Assembly (NCBI RefSeq): GCF_009914755.1
Contig: NC_060934.1
Direction: 5' to 3' (one strand)
Length of the DNA: 64,000 nt
Origin: the human T2T-CHM13v2.0 reference genome, Homo sapiens
Under the pieces are notes generated by a model that worked only from the letters and a program-made list of their open reading frames with translations, did not search any database and was not told the origin of the DNA. Positions within the stretch are counted from its first letter, which is position 1. The number at the start of each line of letters is the position of its first letter. Both the position numbers and the translations under genes were made by a program. Below are positions 28,548-44,453 of the stretch, in pieces.

Positions 28548-29841
28548 TGTGTCTGGAATTGGTGGGTTCTCGGTCTCACTGACTTCAAGAATGAAGCCGC
28601 GGACCCTCGCGGTGAATGTTACAGCTCTTAAGATGGCGCGTCTGGAGTTGTTCGTTCTTCCAGGTGGGCTTGTGGTCTCGCTGGCTTCAGGAGTGAAGCT
28701 GCAGACCTTCACGGTGAGCGTTACAGCTCATAAAAGCAGTGTAGACCCAAAGAGTGAGCAGTAGCAAGATTTATTACAAAGAGCAAAAGAACAAAGCTTC
28801 CACAGTGCAGAAGGGGACCCCAGCGCGTTGCCACTGCTGGCTCGGGCACCCTGCTTTTATTCCCTTATCTGGCCCCACCCACATCCTGCTGATTGGTAGA
28901 GCCTAGTGGTCTGTTTTGACAGGGTGCTGATTGGTGCGTTTACAATCCCTGAGCTAGACACAAAGGTTCTCCACGTCCCCACCAGATTAGCTAGATACAG
29001 AGTGTGACACAAAGGTTCTCTAAGGCCCCACCAGAGTAGCTAGATACAGAGTGTCGATTGGTGCATTCACAAACCCTGAGCTAGACACAGGCTGCTGATT
29101 GGTGTGTTTACAAACCTTGAGCTAGATACAGAGTGCCCATTGGTGTATTTACAGTCCCTGAGCTAGACATAAAGGTTCTCCACGTTCCCACCAGACTCAG
29201 GAGCCCAGCTGGCTTTACCCGGTGGATCCCACACCGGGGCTGCAGGTGGAGCTGCCTGCCAGTCCAGCGCCGTCCCCCGGCACTCCTCAGCCCTTGGGTG
29301 GTCAATGGGACTGGGCGCCCTGGAGCAGGGGGTGGTGCTCATCGGGGAGGCTCGGGCCGCACAGGAGCCCATGGGGGAGGGGGGAGGCTCAGGCGTGGCT
29401 GGCTGCAGGTCCCGAACCCTGCCCTGCGGGGAGGCAGCTAAGGCCCAGCGAGAAATCGAGAGCAGCACCGGTGGGCCGGCACTGCTGGGGGACCCAGCAC
29501 ACCCTCTGCAGCCGCTGGCCCGGGTGCTAAGCCCCTCATTGCCCAGGGTCGGCAGGGCCGGCTGCTCCGAGTGCGGGGCCCACCAAGCCCACACCCACCC
29601 GGAACTCGTCCTGGCCCGCAAGCACCACGCGCAGCCCCGGTTGCCGCCGGCGCCTCTCCCTCCACACCTCCCCGCAAGCTGAGGGAGACGGCTCCGGCCT
29701 TGGCCAGCCCAGAAAGGGGCTCCCACAGTGCAGTGGTCGGCTGAAGGGCTCCTCAAGTGCCGCCAAAGTGGGAGCCCAGGCAGAGGAGAAGCCAAGAGCG
29801 AAAGAGGGCTGTGAGAACTACCAGCACACTGTCACCTCTCA
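28548..29841 (-). mobile_element. Solo LTR12 (LTR12C-like), about 1.29 kb
   Basis: tgtgtctggaattggtggg ... tgtcacctctca = LTR12 termini reversed; perfect 4-bp TSD ATAC (28544-28547, 29842-29845). Confidence 0.95.
28850..29200 (-). promoter_or_regulatory. LTR12 promoter/enhancer: CCAAT array, GT box, GATA and AATAAAA TATA-like box intact
   Basis: Minus strand reads CCAATCAGCAGGATGTGGGTGGGGCCAGATAAGGGAATAAAAGC, with further ATTGG repeats upstream. Confidence 0.75.
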
Positions 29842-30063
29842 ATACGCTGTGCTGGCAGTGGCCACACATACATACTAGAACGAGACAGGCCCAACTGAGC
29901 TGCAGGAAGCATAGCTCACCAAGCTGGGCATCTGAGCATGGTACAGAGCACCATGACTCCCAGTGGTCAGTTCAGGACAGGCACTGGTTTTACCATCTGG
30001 GGAGCCCACAAGGATCAGGGTAGTATCCAAGACTCCAGACAGCATGGGAAAGCAGAGAGTCAG

Positions 30064-30168
30064 TGATATGGTTTGGCTGTGTCCCCCACCCAAATCTCAC
30101 ATCGAATTGTAATAATCTCCCTGTGTCAAGGGAGGAGCCAGGTGGAGATAATTGAATCCTGGGGGCAG
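30064..30168 (+). mobile_element. THE1-type MaLR LTR 5' fragment
   Basis: tgatatggtttggctgtgtccccc.acccaaatctcac...gaattgtaat. Confidence 0.8.
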
Positions 30169-30768
30169 CTTAGCCAAGGTGCAGAGTCTGAGGTCTAGTT
30201 CTGCTGACAGGAAGAGCAGGCCTCCATCTGGAAAGAACTGGAAACCAGGAGAGTGGCCTCTAAATAAACAGAAATTGAAGGAGACAGAAGCCTTATTCTT
30301 ATCCTAATTGAGCTCTGGGGTCAGGGGAAAGAAGCAGCAAGATTATTGGGACAGTGAATCCCATGAGCTACCAACCTAGGCCTTCCCAACCTCTGACCAG
30401 AGCAAGATTGCCTTCTGCTTTCTGGGTGTGAGTGCTAGGGGAGCCTGCAGGAGGAGGGGAATTTCCTATGAGGTTGTGGCGTCTACTAGAAGGCCACAAT
30501 GATCAAAAGGGTCATTAGAGCTTCTGCTTGCTCTGAATGGTATTTGTGGAGAGGGAATGTGCCTTATGTTCTCTCTTGCACAGTGGTGGTGTCTCCCTTG
30601 ACCCTTCCTAACAAACACGGTGAGTGAACCATGAAACGAGAAAACTATCAGGCATCAGTAATACGTAAGGCCTGGGCCAAAATAAAGAGTTATGTGTTGA
30701 AAATGAACTAACGCAACTGGTAGATACTTTCCATGCTAACACTTTTGTAGTCTCAGGGTTTATAAAAA

Positions 30769-30790
30769 TCTTTCTTTCTTTCTTTCTCTG

Positions 30791-30854
<64 letters not shown>

Positions 30855-30965
30855 TGTTTCTTTCCCTTCCTTCTTTCCTTCTTTCCTTCTTTCTTTCCTT
30901 CTTTCTCTCTTTCTCCCTTCCTCCCTTCCTCCCTTCTTCCCTTTCTTTCTTCCTTTCTTTCTTTC
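30769..30965 (+). repeat. (TTTC)n / CT-rich compound microsatellite derived from an Alu tail
   Basis: About 15 perfect TTTC units at 30792-30855, then degenerate CT repeats abutting an Alu. Confidence 0.95.
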
Positions 30966-31247
30966 AGCCTGGGTCTTATTCTGTCACCCAGGCTGTAGTG
31001 CAGTGTCATAATCATGGCTCACTGCAACCTGGAACTCCTGGGCTCAAGGGATCCTCTCATCTCAGTCTCCTGAGTAGCTAGCACTACAGGCACGTGCCAC
31101 CACATTGGGCTAATGTTTTAATTTTTTTGTAGAACTGGGGTCTCACTATATTGCCCAGACTGTTCTGGAACTCTTGGCCTCAGGTGATCCTCCCACCTCG
31201 GCTTCCCACAATACTGGGATTACAGACGTGAGCCACCAAGCCTGGCC
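30966..31247 (-). mobile_element. Alu (AluJ-like)
   Basis: Antisense diverged Alu; flanks gtttataaaaat / gtttacaaagat. Confidence 0.92.
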
Positions 31248-32961
31248 AGTTTACAAAGATTTCTAAAGAAAGATCCCAGGAAACAATTTCAAGCATCGCT
31301 CCTACATGTCACTTTGTGATATTTTTCATGCATAGAAGGAATAATACATTAAGCCTGCGTGCATCTCAGTGCGGTACATGTTTTACTCATTTGCTTAATT
31401 TGCTGAAGATTTTAATGTCACGTGGCTGCAGAGAGGGACATGGAAACACTTAGAAGGACTCAGGGCTTTAACATCAAACGCCCACTTTTGATTCTCCTGC
31501 CAAGAAAGAACAAAATATTTGTCTCTCGGATAGTTAACCTCTCTTCCATACACAGTCCACAACACATTGCATTGGCAAGCTATATGCAACCCCCTTCTCC
31601 TCTATAAAGGATGGTAATCTTTTTGCTTACAAAGATGAGAAACACCAGGAACACCCATCATTCTCCAACAAATTAGCTTGTCTTGAGACTATTTTCCATG
31701 TAATTTAAGGGTAAATGTCAGAGAAGTGTTTCCCTTTATTGGAAGTAAGGAGCTAAAGTTCTAAATGCTGGTAAGAAATGCAGTTTGTAACTCCTTCAGG
31801 CACGGGGTCTTTATCTGCCCTGAATGATCTTCTAGTGCCCAGGATTCAGTGTCCAGGGAAGGAATAGACACCTGTCTGTGTAACCCAAGGGTGACAGAGC
31901 TTAGCATCTTTTTTTTTTCAATTTCTTTCTTACATCCAAAGACTCTGGATATCTTACATATAAACCAACCCAAGGGTTTTCTGACATATTTTGCCCAAGT
32001 TGGAGTTATACACATGTGCCAATCACCAGTGAAGGGTGATTACTTATTCAGTAGAAAGGAGCTTTGAAGAACGGTGGGAAGTAGTTCTGTATAAATGACA
32101 CATTTTATCTGTTTTTCAAATAATTCATGGAAAATACTGACATAAAGTGCCAATTATTTTTTCCCCATGAATAGGGCTGGCAGTCTTATTGTATACTTTA
32201 AAAGTCACTTACAATTTGCTCACATTTCTTAACTCCCCAGGGAAAAGAATGTATTTCCTTTGCTCTAAAGATTAAAGTTCAATTTGACTTCATATTTTGT
32301 GGAAGGGATTCTTAAAGGCATTGCATTCTCATATCCTAGATATCATTACAAGCTGTAAATTTGGTGATTGATGTCTACATGGCAGCCTCCAGAGGCTGCG
32401 TGCTAGTTAAAATAATAAAGTGCTCCTTAGCCTCTAGATGCATTCGAGAGAATAGCAGGTGGTCATTGTTTACTGTGCTAAAGTGAGCCACTCCGTTTGA
32501 GACAGCTCATTTTGGACTCAAGCTGAATGCCATGCCTGAGTGATCTGACTTCTAACAAAGCCACCAATAGACTCATTCTGTTGTTTAATTTGAATGAGAA
32601 TTAGCTGCTGCTTCGTGCAAGCCAAAGACCCTCTATTAGAAACTGGTTCTCTAGAAATGTTTATGGAAGCCCAGTGGCTGCAGCATTTTGGAGGGGTGTG
32701 AGAATGATCTGATCTTCCATGGAAGCACATTGCATTTCCAATCTCACCATTCCACTTCAGACTCAAGCAGATGTGGCAGGGAGAGGCGGTAATATATTTT
32801 GCCATATGTCAGGGCCACTGTGTCACTCAGACTCCCAGGAAATGACACAGACTCAGGGAAAACAGTGGCCCATATATTTTCATTAAAAAGAGAGCATGTG
32901 ACTGGTTCACAGTCAGGGCAATTGACACAGACCCCTTCTCCAAGAGCGTTATATTAATATT

Positions 32962-33230
32962 AGCAAGAGCACAGGGCCACGGCTGCTGAAGTTTTAGTCC
33001 ACAGAGTCAAGAAAGCACAAAATCCAAAAAGCTGGGATTTGCAAGACACTGTTCCCAAAAGCAGTCTCCCTGATAGGTTTGCACAAAACTCTTTGGGGTA
33101 AGCAGTAACTGTACCCTTCACACTGTGGCAGGTCCAGCCACAGGCAACATAGAACATTCTAGCCTTGCATCTTAAAACATGCCTTTTAATAATGTGACCT
33201 GGAGAATCTGAGTTCAACATACAGAGTGTC
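32962..33230 (+). repeat. Local direct duplication C, copy 1 (partner 35382-35635)
   Basis: Shared gagtcaagaaa.cacaaaat, gatttgcaagaca, gcaacatagaacattctagccttg, tggagaat.tgagttcaa; the ORF track gives similar peptides for both copies. Confidence 0.9.
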
Positions 33231-34713
33231 TGAACACTTTAGAAGTGATTTATCAGGGTCCTAGTATAAGAATCGAGGCCCAGGCAGAACCAAACTGCCT
33301 GCTTCTAACAACTCCTTTTCGAAGGACCAGCTTGTTTTTATATATTTCTTTGTGATATTGCTCGGAATCTGTGTCTCCATTCAGAAACCCATCCAGTATC
33401 TATTTTTTTTCAAAAAGAAGACAGACCATTTGTCTAAGATCAGATGAGCGTGATGGAGGACACAAACATTATGATTGAAATATAATCAAGATATTAATGC
33501 AATCGGTACTGTTTTTAGAAGAAAAAAATTGATGCCATAATTCAGGGTCACCATGGCAATCCTTATTTGCTTATTAATTTGTTACTACTTTAAAGTTTTC
33601 CTCTTGGCTCATTCAATGTAGCCTGGCAAACATCCATACCTTGTTTCTCATGGTGTTTATTTGCTCATTCCATGATTTTTACCAATGATGCTGGGCATTT
33701 TCAAGATTCAGCCTAACAATGTACATGGACAGGCTTAGTCTCCTCTGGGATTTTCTGCCTGGGATGATGCAATTTCCAGGAGCTCATTACACCATAAAGG
33801 AGACGCACGCCCCTTTTCTTAGGAAACAATCTTCTGTCTGTTGGAGGTCTCTTGCTCTCCAGTTTAAAAAGCTTTAACTGTGCTTTAAGACTTTGTCATT
33901 CAATTCTTATTTATTCTTCTTAATCTCCTTGGGATTCTTACATTAGGTGTACAATAATCCTGTTAAGCCCTCAAGACTTCTCCTAAATGAGTGGCAGTTC
34001 TGGGTAATGGATTGAAATATCCCTTGCATTTTCTAGAAACACTGTATCTTGTTTTATGATCGTCGTTTTCTGGGAGTCCCAGCTAATTTAGGAAGTGGGG
34101 AAAAGAAAACATTTGCTGAATCTCAGCTGAGAACAACACGAAGATGATCATCCTAGGGAAAGTACAAAGTATACAAAAATAATACAAAAAGGCAGGTTTC
34201 TCTCCTTCAAAAAGAAAGTCCCCATTTATTCTTTCCCAGTGAAGTCTCTGACTTCTGAACTCTCTGACTACTCCCAGGCAGTTTGATGTAGTTCTCTTTT
34301 CATTGTTGTGGATACAATGGTGAACCTTGGATAATGGTGTGCCTCACAGACCAGGCAGGAAGTGAGAACCTGTAATCTGCAGAAGCAGGGTTTTTAGAAA
34401 GCGGTAGAATCTTAACAGGCGAGAAGTCAAAAGTCAGAATGCAAGGGTATCAAGGTGAAGTAAGACAGAGGTTCAGCAACCAGGAAAGAACACAATGCCA
34501 CAAGTTCCCAGGTCAAAGAAAGACAGAGGGTCAGCAAGCTGTTGGGCATCTAGGACTCTACTCATGAGACATGTGGAACAGAGCTTGTAATTCAGCCTCT
34601 GTGAAAAAGCCCTTGACATGATTTCTGCTGCGGAAGGAGTCATTTTCATTGTATTTGCAGCCCAGGGACTGAAAATAAGGGCTGATGATGATGGGAATAT
34701 AATAGAATGCTAA

Positions 34714-35015
<302 letters not shown>

Positions 35016-35381
35016 GAATGCTAAAAGGGCTCTATTGAAAACGTATATTTCTTACAACCTCCACTACTTAATATAGACCCCCTTCCTGTATTTGTTCATT
35101 TTTTAAAATTCCCAGAATAGATTACTGCAAAGTTTCCAACTTTCAGAGATCTTTAAGGCCATCTGGAAGCTTTGGATATAAGACATATCTAATCTTAAAG
35201 CACATCACCCACATTAGCACATGAAGTTCTGCTGAGGAATTTACTCAGTCCTTCTGAGCTTCAAGGAACAGGTTAATTCCAATGCCTTTGTCTGAAAAAA
35301 AATGGATCCTTCCTTTCTAGAGCTTTCCCTGGCAATGACCAATATCACAAGAACAGAGCCCTTCTCAGACAGCATTGCATC

Positions 35382-35635
35382 AGCACGAGCATAGGGCCAT
35401 GGCTGTCCAGGGAGTCAAGAAAACACAAAATATAAAAAACCTGAGATTTGCAAGACATTATTCCCAAAAGTAGCCTCCTGGATTCTTTTGCATAAGACTG
35501 TTTGGGATGGGCAGTAAGTGCAGCCAGGACACTTGCAAGTCCAGCCATGAGCAACATAGAACATTCTAGCCTTGTACCCTAGAACATGCATTTTTATAAT
35601 GTGATCTGGAGAATATGAGTTCAATACACAGGGTC
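35382..35635 (+). repeat. Local direct duplication C, copy 2
   Basis: Colinear with 32962-33230. Confidence 0.9.
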
Positions 35636-36595
35636 GGAAAGTGGGAGCTAAGACAGGAAGGAGGATAGGGTGGAACTCAAAAACAAGACTTAGGTGGTGA
35701 TGGAGAATGCTAAAATTTTAGCCATATAAGTACAGAAAAAAATAGACAATAACACATGTATGTATCTATTTCAACAGTTTCTGGGTGTCTACAGTGTACC
35801 GAGCACTGTATATTTGACCAGATACCAAAGAGAGTCGGTGAGAAAAATACCAGTGGCCTCTAACCATCTCTGCATTCAGACAGCAAGAAAGTTTTGAGAG
35901 AAACCAGGATATCTAGGAAACGATCCAGACAGGTTTGGAAAGATAGTCCTTTTAGACACAGCACTTCAGGAAGTATATGTTAAAATGGCAAAAGCTCTAG
36001 ATTGAAGTCTGGGTTTCAGTTTCGGTTTTAGAATTTTGAGCAAGTCTCTAAATTTTACTGGCTCTCTGTTTCTACTTCCATAGACACGATGCTTTGTTAA
36101 CCCTGGAGGAAGGACATCATTGTCCTGCAGGATGCTGGGTGTTGTTATGAATGCAAGAGCCAGCAGGGGATGGTACAGAGGATGCAGAGACCAACTCTCC
36201 CTAAGAGCTCAAAGCAGCTTCACAAGCATTTGAACTGGGCCTTGAACAGTGAGCACAAATTCTTCAGGCAAACAGAGATGGTAAGTTGTCTATTTCTGGC
36301 AGTGAATAGAGAAAATAGCATTTATTAAGGTCCTGAAGAATTCATGCTTTCATCCATTTATTCAACAAATATTTAGTGGTAATTTATTAATAATGAACAA
36401 ATTATTAGTTATTATTAGTTATGTTGATTATTAGTATTATTAACTGACACTGTTGTAGGCACTGGACTACAGCAATAAATAAGGCACACCATGTATCTGT
36501 CCTCAAACTCTACAATCCAGTGGCAGGGAATGAAGGAAACTGAGGTCAAGTTATGCAAAGTGAACCAGAGATGATGCACAAAAGGATGATGCTCC

Positions 36596-36983
<388 letters not shown>

Positions 36984-37356
36984 TCAGATTTATTAACTAC
37001 ACACAAAGAGTAGTTGGGGCTTTTGAGGTTTTCTGTTTATCCATTCAGAAATATTTACTGAACACTTGATGTTTCTGACACTGTTCTAAAATCTTTGCAT
37101 GCATATTTCCGTGGCAATCTTGCAAGGTAAGAACTATTCCATTATCATTTTATAATACATACCAGGAAATGAGCACTGAAAGGCATGAGTACTATGCCTA
37201 CGGTTATATGATAATAAGGAGTATATCTTGGATTTGAACCCAGCTCGGGCTAACTCCAAAGCCCTTTCTCATTTTACTACATCAGTGAATCACACCAGGC
37301 TGATCATAGCAGAATTTATTGAGGGAGGGGCCCATGTATCAGTATTAATTTTTCTA

Positions 37357-37495
37357 TGATTTATTTATTTATTTTAATACAGATGGGGTCTCACTATGTT
37401 GTCCAGGCTGGTCATGAACTCCAAGCCTCAAGCAACTCTCCTGCCTAGGCCTCCCAGAGTGCTGAGATTACAAGCATGAGCTACTACATCCAGCT
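37357..37495 (-). mobile_element. Alu left monomer (FLAM_C-like)
   Basis: Single antisense arm; tcagtatt on both sides. Confidence 0.8.
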
Positions 37496-37502
37496 TCAGT
37501 AT

Positions 37503-37842
37503 TTATTTTATTTTATTTTATTGTAGTTTAGTTTTTTTTAGTTTAGTTTAGTTTAGTTTTGAGATAGGATATGGCTCTGTCACCCAGACTGGAGTGCAGT
37601 GGCGTAATCTCGGCTCACTGCAACTTCTGCCTCCCGGTTTCAAGTGATCCTCCCACCTCAGCCTCCTGAGTAGCTGGGACTACAGGCACATACCACCGCA
37701 CCTGGCTAATTTTTGTATTTTTTGTAGATACAGGGTTTCTCCATGTTACCCAGGCTGGTCTTGAACTCCTGGGCTCAAGCAACCCTTCTGCCCCAGAGTC
37801 CCAAAGTGCTGGAATTACAGGTGTAAGCCACTGCGCCTGGCT
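37503..37842 (-). mobile_element. Alu (AluJ/S-like) with (TTTAG)n tail
   Basis: Antisense dimeric Alu. Confidence 0.92.
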
Positions 37843-39668
37843 CAACTTTACTGTTTTTAAAAAGATGTCTAGCTAGTTCCAGTGTGCACCTAGGCTAGGG
37901 AATAGTTGCCCTATATAAAAAGCAAAACACAAACAAAACAAAACCCTCAGGATAACTACCTACTGATTTAAAATATAAGTTGGCATTCATTAGCATCTTG
38001 CTTATTTTACTCATGTAATGATTTGCTTGGATGCCCAGGTTGATGGGAAAAAGGGGTTCCATGTAGTTGAAAAACCTAGACAGTAGTCAACATGCAGGCA
38101 CCATGCTCGTTCCTCCCCTGACATTCAACGCTAGGTTGAGATCACATCGTTACATGGGATAACACCGTCTTTTATTGTTCTTTTATTGCTATGTGATCTC
38201 CTGAACTGTGTTCCTCCAACTTAGAATTTAAAAAGAAACATTTCTGGGTTCTGCCTAGTAAAACATAAATCTTGGAAAATCAAATCCCAACTAGAGAAAT
38301 CTGGTTTGGATCAGAGTAACTAAATCATTAATCTGGATCTTTCTCCAAAACTGGAACCCACCCAAATCCAATCCATGATATATATGAAAGAGGCCAGATA
38401 TTTAGATGGACATTAATTCTTTCTTTTTGTTGATGTGTTTGTGCTGACAGAAGAGTCAGAGACCAAAGGCAGAATACTGAAAGATTGTGTTTGGGTATTT
38501 TTAGCCTGATTAAAATAAGGAATGATTTAAAACTATTTCAAATAGCTCTTCCCACAGAATTCTGCAAATCTTCCAGCCTGCTTTCTGGACCAGAGAAGCT
38601 TGGCTAAAGGAGCTGGACATCGGGCAACCCCTCCCATTTGGATTGAGCCTCCAACATTCAGAGGTTGCACCCCATCAGTCTAAACAACATTTTTTTTTGC
38701 GTGATAGAAACACAGACCACAGATTGGAATTGTCTGTTTGTACTTAGATGGGAAGTCCTAGCAGTTCTCATCAACCCTTGAAGACGTTAAAAATCACGCC
38801 ACAGTTGGCCAACCGTCTGTTTACCTCTTGAAGAACTCTCTCAGATGACAGTAATCACAGGCAGGTTCTGAATCACAGGCTGATGTTAACATGTACCAAG
38901 GCTATACCCCCTGGAAAAGCCTATTTCCAGCCTTCTGAGGCTACTTCATTATTACCCTGGCTTTCCTGGCTCCTAATGGTCAGGGTGGAGGGAGGGACGG
39001 AGGTAGGGGAGATCTGGGAAGCCTGGTTAGCTAGAAGTTCCTGCCTTGTCACAGCACTAATCCTGCAATTTCTCCATTGGATTTCTGGACTGATGAGCAA
39101 TTTTGATGCTGATAAGGCAGAAACACAATCACTCTCCTGGGCCCTTGTATTTTGCAGGGTAACTTGGATAATACACCCCATCTCGGCACCTCTGCGAGTG
39201 TAACTCATTTCCTCTGCCCAGAGGAGAAACAAGGACTCCTTGGACAAAACGGTGCTTCCTTTCATAGCCAATGAATTGGGCATTTCTCCAGGTTCTGTGA
39301 AGCTTATTTAGTGACATTCCCCAAAACCTGTGCCCCGAGAAGTTCCTTCTTCTCTGACTTTAGGTAGAGTCCGAGATTCATTTCAGTGATTTGGCTAACA
39401 TGTAAAGTGTCTCACATGTGAAAGAGAATCAAAATAACTTGAGCACAACAACAGACAAACAAAAGCAATACTTGACCAAGACCTCTTGTACCTTTTTCTG
39501 CTCTGGGACTCTCCAAGCACTGTTCACAAATGCAGTGTATGTGGAAATCTATGGTATTGTTATGATCTGTCAGTGATGGTGCATATTAAAACCCAGTTTT
39601 AGTTAATATTCACTCATAGCCTTTGCTTGTTAATATTTACACACTTGGCTTAGAAGATAGAAAGGCTC

Positions 39669-40002
<334 letters not shown>

Positions 40003-40571
40003 CTACAGAAAGAAACTCGAACCATCCAATCATGACGTTAGCGATGTGTTGTCTCTAATCAAGTTACCTGATTACCTAGGTAACAGGAGGCCTTAGCAGT
40101 CACCCCTGGCACGCATGGACCACTTACTGGCAACTCTTTTGTGGCTGTGAATTCATATAGTATTTGGTTAAATGGTGACACAAAATTGATCCCTAGTGCG
40201 ATATTCAGTGGATTTTTCTCATTTCTAAATGGGCATTCCACACTGAAAACTTGCATGCCAGTTGCCCATACAGAATGCTCTTTTATTCTTTAAGAATGGA
40301 AAATAAGTCATTTTCATTTGATTCAGAGTGGACAACCTCACGTGGGGACAGGAAAGTCTAACCAGAGATTTCAACTGGGGTGTCTGAAGTGTAACTTGCT
40401 AGATACATTTGGAACTATCAGACATTCTATCTGCTATACTTAGGGTAGAGGGATTAAGCCTGCATATTCAAGAATGAAACTCCAGCTTTTAAGCCTAGCT
40501 TATTATTTTATGTATGTGGGCAAATTAGTTAGCCTCTCAAAACCTTAGTTACTTCATTTTAAAAATAATTA

Positions 40572-40883
<312 letters not shown>

Positions 40884-43800
40884 TTAGGCAAGATCAACTC
40901 TGTCAAGTGGCTCGCATTCTGTGCATTGCACAAGTGGTAAATTCGATTCAATAAACTATCTATTGTTATCATTTTATTATTACTAAATGTGCTTAATCTT
41001 GAGAGGCTGCTGTAAAACTCAGTGGCATTTCTAGTCTTAAAGCTGGTTTCAAAAGGAAACTTCTCCATTCGCATTATGACATTTAAAGTTGTTTCTCTGA
41101 GGCTTTGGGAAGATCTCCAAGTTCTCCTAACACAATAGAGATCATTTTTATACTCCCTGTAACACCTACGTGGTTAGAGGACAAGAACTGGGGATCTTTA
41201 TTATTCCAGAGTCTGTCCAAGTGATGTCAAGGATCCTGAGTTGGGACAAGAAAGTAGGGTTACATGCCCCACATCCTACTGCTACATTTTGGGCTTCGGG
41301 GCTCTTGGTCTGCTCAGGGTTTGCCCGGGCTGCAAAGTAGTGCTGGCTCATGACTCTAATAACTGCATTAACCATGTCCTCCTCCTTCCATCTCAAGGTT
41401 GCCCAGTGGGAATTGTGAATGCCGGGACTCTGCATTTCACAGTTAGTGGATCTGGCTAAATAGATGGAGTAAGTGGGCTTAATTGATTTTTCCCCAAGTT
41501 GAGACTTGGGGTAAAGAGGCAAGAATGGGTTTGTAGTGAAGAATCAACTTACCACTGTCAACATGCGATAAGAAATCTAAAAGATTTTCATTGTTCACTA
41601 AACAAGACTTCAGCTGGGACTCCCTCTAAAAAGCAACAAACTGTGATTAGAGGAGTCCCAAAGGATGATACGAGCTAAGATAAATGAGCTAAGACATGTT
41701 CTATTTGAAACATTTGGGTCTTTCTTGGCAAGAGACATACTCTTATCTTGATAGTGTCTCCTTTCCTTTTCAATTTTTATTTATTATAAACAAAGATTAT
41801 CCTCAGACTTGAATCTGTTTTGCCAGGATACTCCCCTCCAACATTTTGTCCTTTTCCACTGCTTCCCTTCTCTTTTTTTTTTTTTAAACTATAGGTATGT
41901 AATAGGAATTTCCTTCCTTCAAGTAATTGATTTATTTGTGCTGACATCATCAAAATGTCTCAACATGAATTTGATTTCATGTCTAAGGTGTTTAAGAATA
42001 CATATTTCTTACCCTTAAAAACAGAAAGTCATTTTTTTTTTTAGTAAAGTAACTCACCCCTGAAAAACTTGGGCTCTGTTCAAAATTCCCAACATGTGAC
42101 TTTGAGGATCATCTAAAAGAGTCTCTCCTGGTCTTTCACCATAACGTTCCCACGGTAAATTCACTAAAAACAGAAATGCTCAATATATAAGTTAAAAACC
42201 CTGTCAATTTGACCCACATTCGAAATGTTTCAGTGTATCCAGAACACATCTGGACCAAGGTGGGTTGTTTTTTCCTCCTTAAAAAAAAAACGAAAAAAAA
42301 AACCCTCACTCGTTTATGTCTTTATATCTTAAACAAAATGAATTAATGGCTTTTAAACCCTTGAAGCACTAAAAAAGGAAAGTGCTTTCAGTCTGACAAC
42401 TTCAATGATAAGTTGCAGTCCAATGTGTTTTGAAATGGACCAAACATAAATCCATCTTCAATAGGGAGTTTTAATTGGAAGCCACACTGACCCTTAACTC
42501 CAGTGTTGCTGCCACACAGCTTTTGATAATGAAGACTGACAAATTGTCTTCACTGGATGTAGACTTTCAATGCACTCCTCCCACGGCCTTGGCCGCACCA
42601 GGCATTGGGAAGGAGACGTGCATTTCCCAGGTGTGAGAGGACAACAGAGGTCCACTCCAAGCTACTGGACAGCATCCCCCTCCATGGGGGAAGCAGGTGC
42701 CTGAGGAGGAAAGGGTGCTGGGAGAGAATCACACATATCTGAGCAGTGGGAAGCCCAGGGAAACACCTCTGAAGTTAAAAAGAAGGAGGATGTCAGGGGA
42801 GAGAGAAAGAAAAGAAACCATCTTTCTTATGGAGAATTCCATCTGCTTGTGGCCTGTTTGGGAACTAAGTTATAGAATGTTTTTGGGCTTCCTAAGATTG
42901 ATGTGGGAGGGGTTGCAGATCTCATGCAGAGCTCTGATGATTTTTTTTTTTTTCTGAAGAACAGCAAACCAGAAAACAACGGGAGTTTGTAGCTTAGAGA
43001 GTGCTGTTGAGCAGAGATTGTGATATTGAGACCATTCCAGGAGAGGAAGTTTTAAGGCCAAAATTAAAATAGCACATTTGTTCCTTGCAATTTGACTTCA
43101 GAATCCCCCAAGGCTCCTTCCTTGAGAAGCCTTATTTTTTATCTGAGAGATGTTGTGCACCATATGGATTTTTTTTTTTTTTTGGTTTACGTTCTGAGTT
43201 TGCCAAGAATGTCTTATGAGACACAGTACCTCATTTTCCATGGGTGTCCCAAGAGATATCAGGTACCTTCAAAGCTCTCTGTATTTGCTCTGGTAAATGT
43301 AAACATGCAGAATAAAACAACACTATTTAGCAAATAAAATGATACTCTCATAACTTTTAAGCTGTGCAAAGCATAATTACTGCAATCTCAATAATTATTA
43401 TCACTTAATGTTGAAAGAGCACCAACCTTCATTCAGAAGCAAATTAAAATTGGAACCCAGCCTTGACATTCATCTATTAAGACTCAAAGCCTCAACAGAA
43501 GGCATATACATGTTTGAACATTTTGACTGAATTTACAGGTGAATTCAATCAATGTGTCAGTTCCCACTGAACTTTCAAGTTGATTGACTACATTGATTGA
43601 ATAAGTTGACCTATTGTGTTGTCAGCTTGGAGACTTAGCCATTGCATCATCATGGAAGTAGGGAGTTAGCTATGGGACTCAGACCTCAGTGAGAAAGGAG
43701 AAATCTGGAGTAGCTGAGTATCAGTCTCTTTGGAATTCTTCACATTTGTTACTGGTATGATGTTGGCAACCCTCAAAAGAATGAATCCATTAAAGTGGAC

Positions 43801-44453
43801 TTCCAGTGGAGTTGTAGAAGTGTTGAATTTAAGGGGAAAACATTCAACCCTCCACTGACAAGCTCCTTTAGACTTCTTTGGCTTCACTTTTTTATTGCTG
43901 GCAGTCTTGGAATAACAGACTGCCTCCTGATCTTTCAGCATCTTCTCTGTAGTTCTCAGGCTTACTGGGTACTGTGATTTCAATCTGGAAGACTCTCCAT
44001 TGCCTGGATCTTTGTTAGCTAAGAAACCACCTTCTTTTCATTTCCTAAACAGTTTTAAGATTGAGAACAATTATTCTTGCTGTCTGATTTTATCTGCTGA
44101 ATCATAAAAATCTTATCCAGGGCTCAAAATACATACACAGTGACAGAACAGAGAGAAGGAACAGAACTCCCAGCCCTTTGAAGATCTTGTATTTTGTTCA
44201 TGTAGGGGTATTGTTTGTTTGTTTTTGAAGTTTGTGCTTGGAGTACTCTAGTCTACATGTTTCTTGAGGAATATTCCAGGAAATATCAAATACATACGTA
44301 TACATATATATATGCAAAAAACTTTTAAATATGACTTATGTAAATAAAAAGTGTAAATTGTCTTATAATATAAAAATATTCACAGCAAGTTGCTAAAGTA
44401 CCCCCCCCCCCAAAAAAAACCTATTGTATTTAGCACAATAACTAAAAGAAGTA

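Noticed and set aside
30608-31015. 135-aa Lys/Glu/Arg-rich ORF
   Set aside because: Translation of the (GAAA)n Alu tail
43666-43983. 105-aa ORF in non-repeat DNA (TTG start)
   Set aside because: No ATG, no recognisable homology and no clear exon boundaries; could at most be non-coding exon sequence
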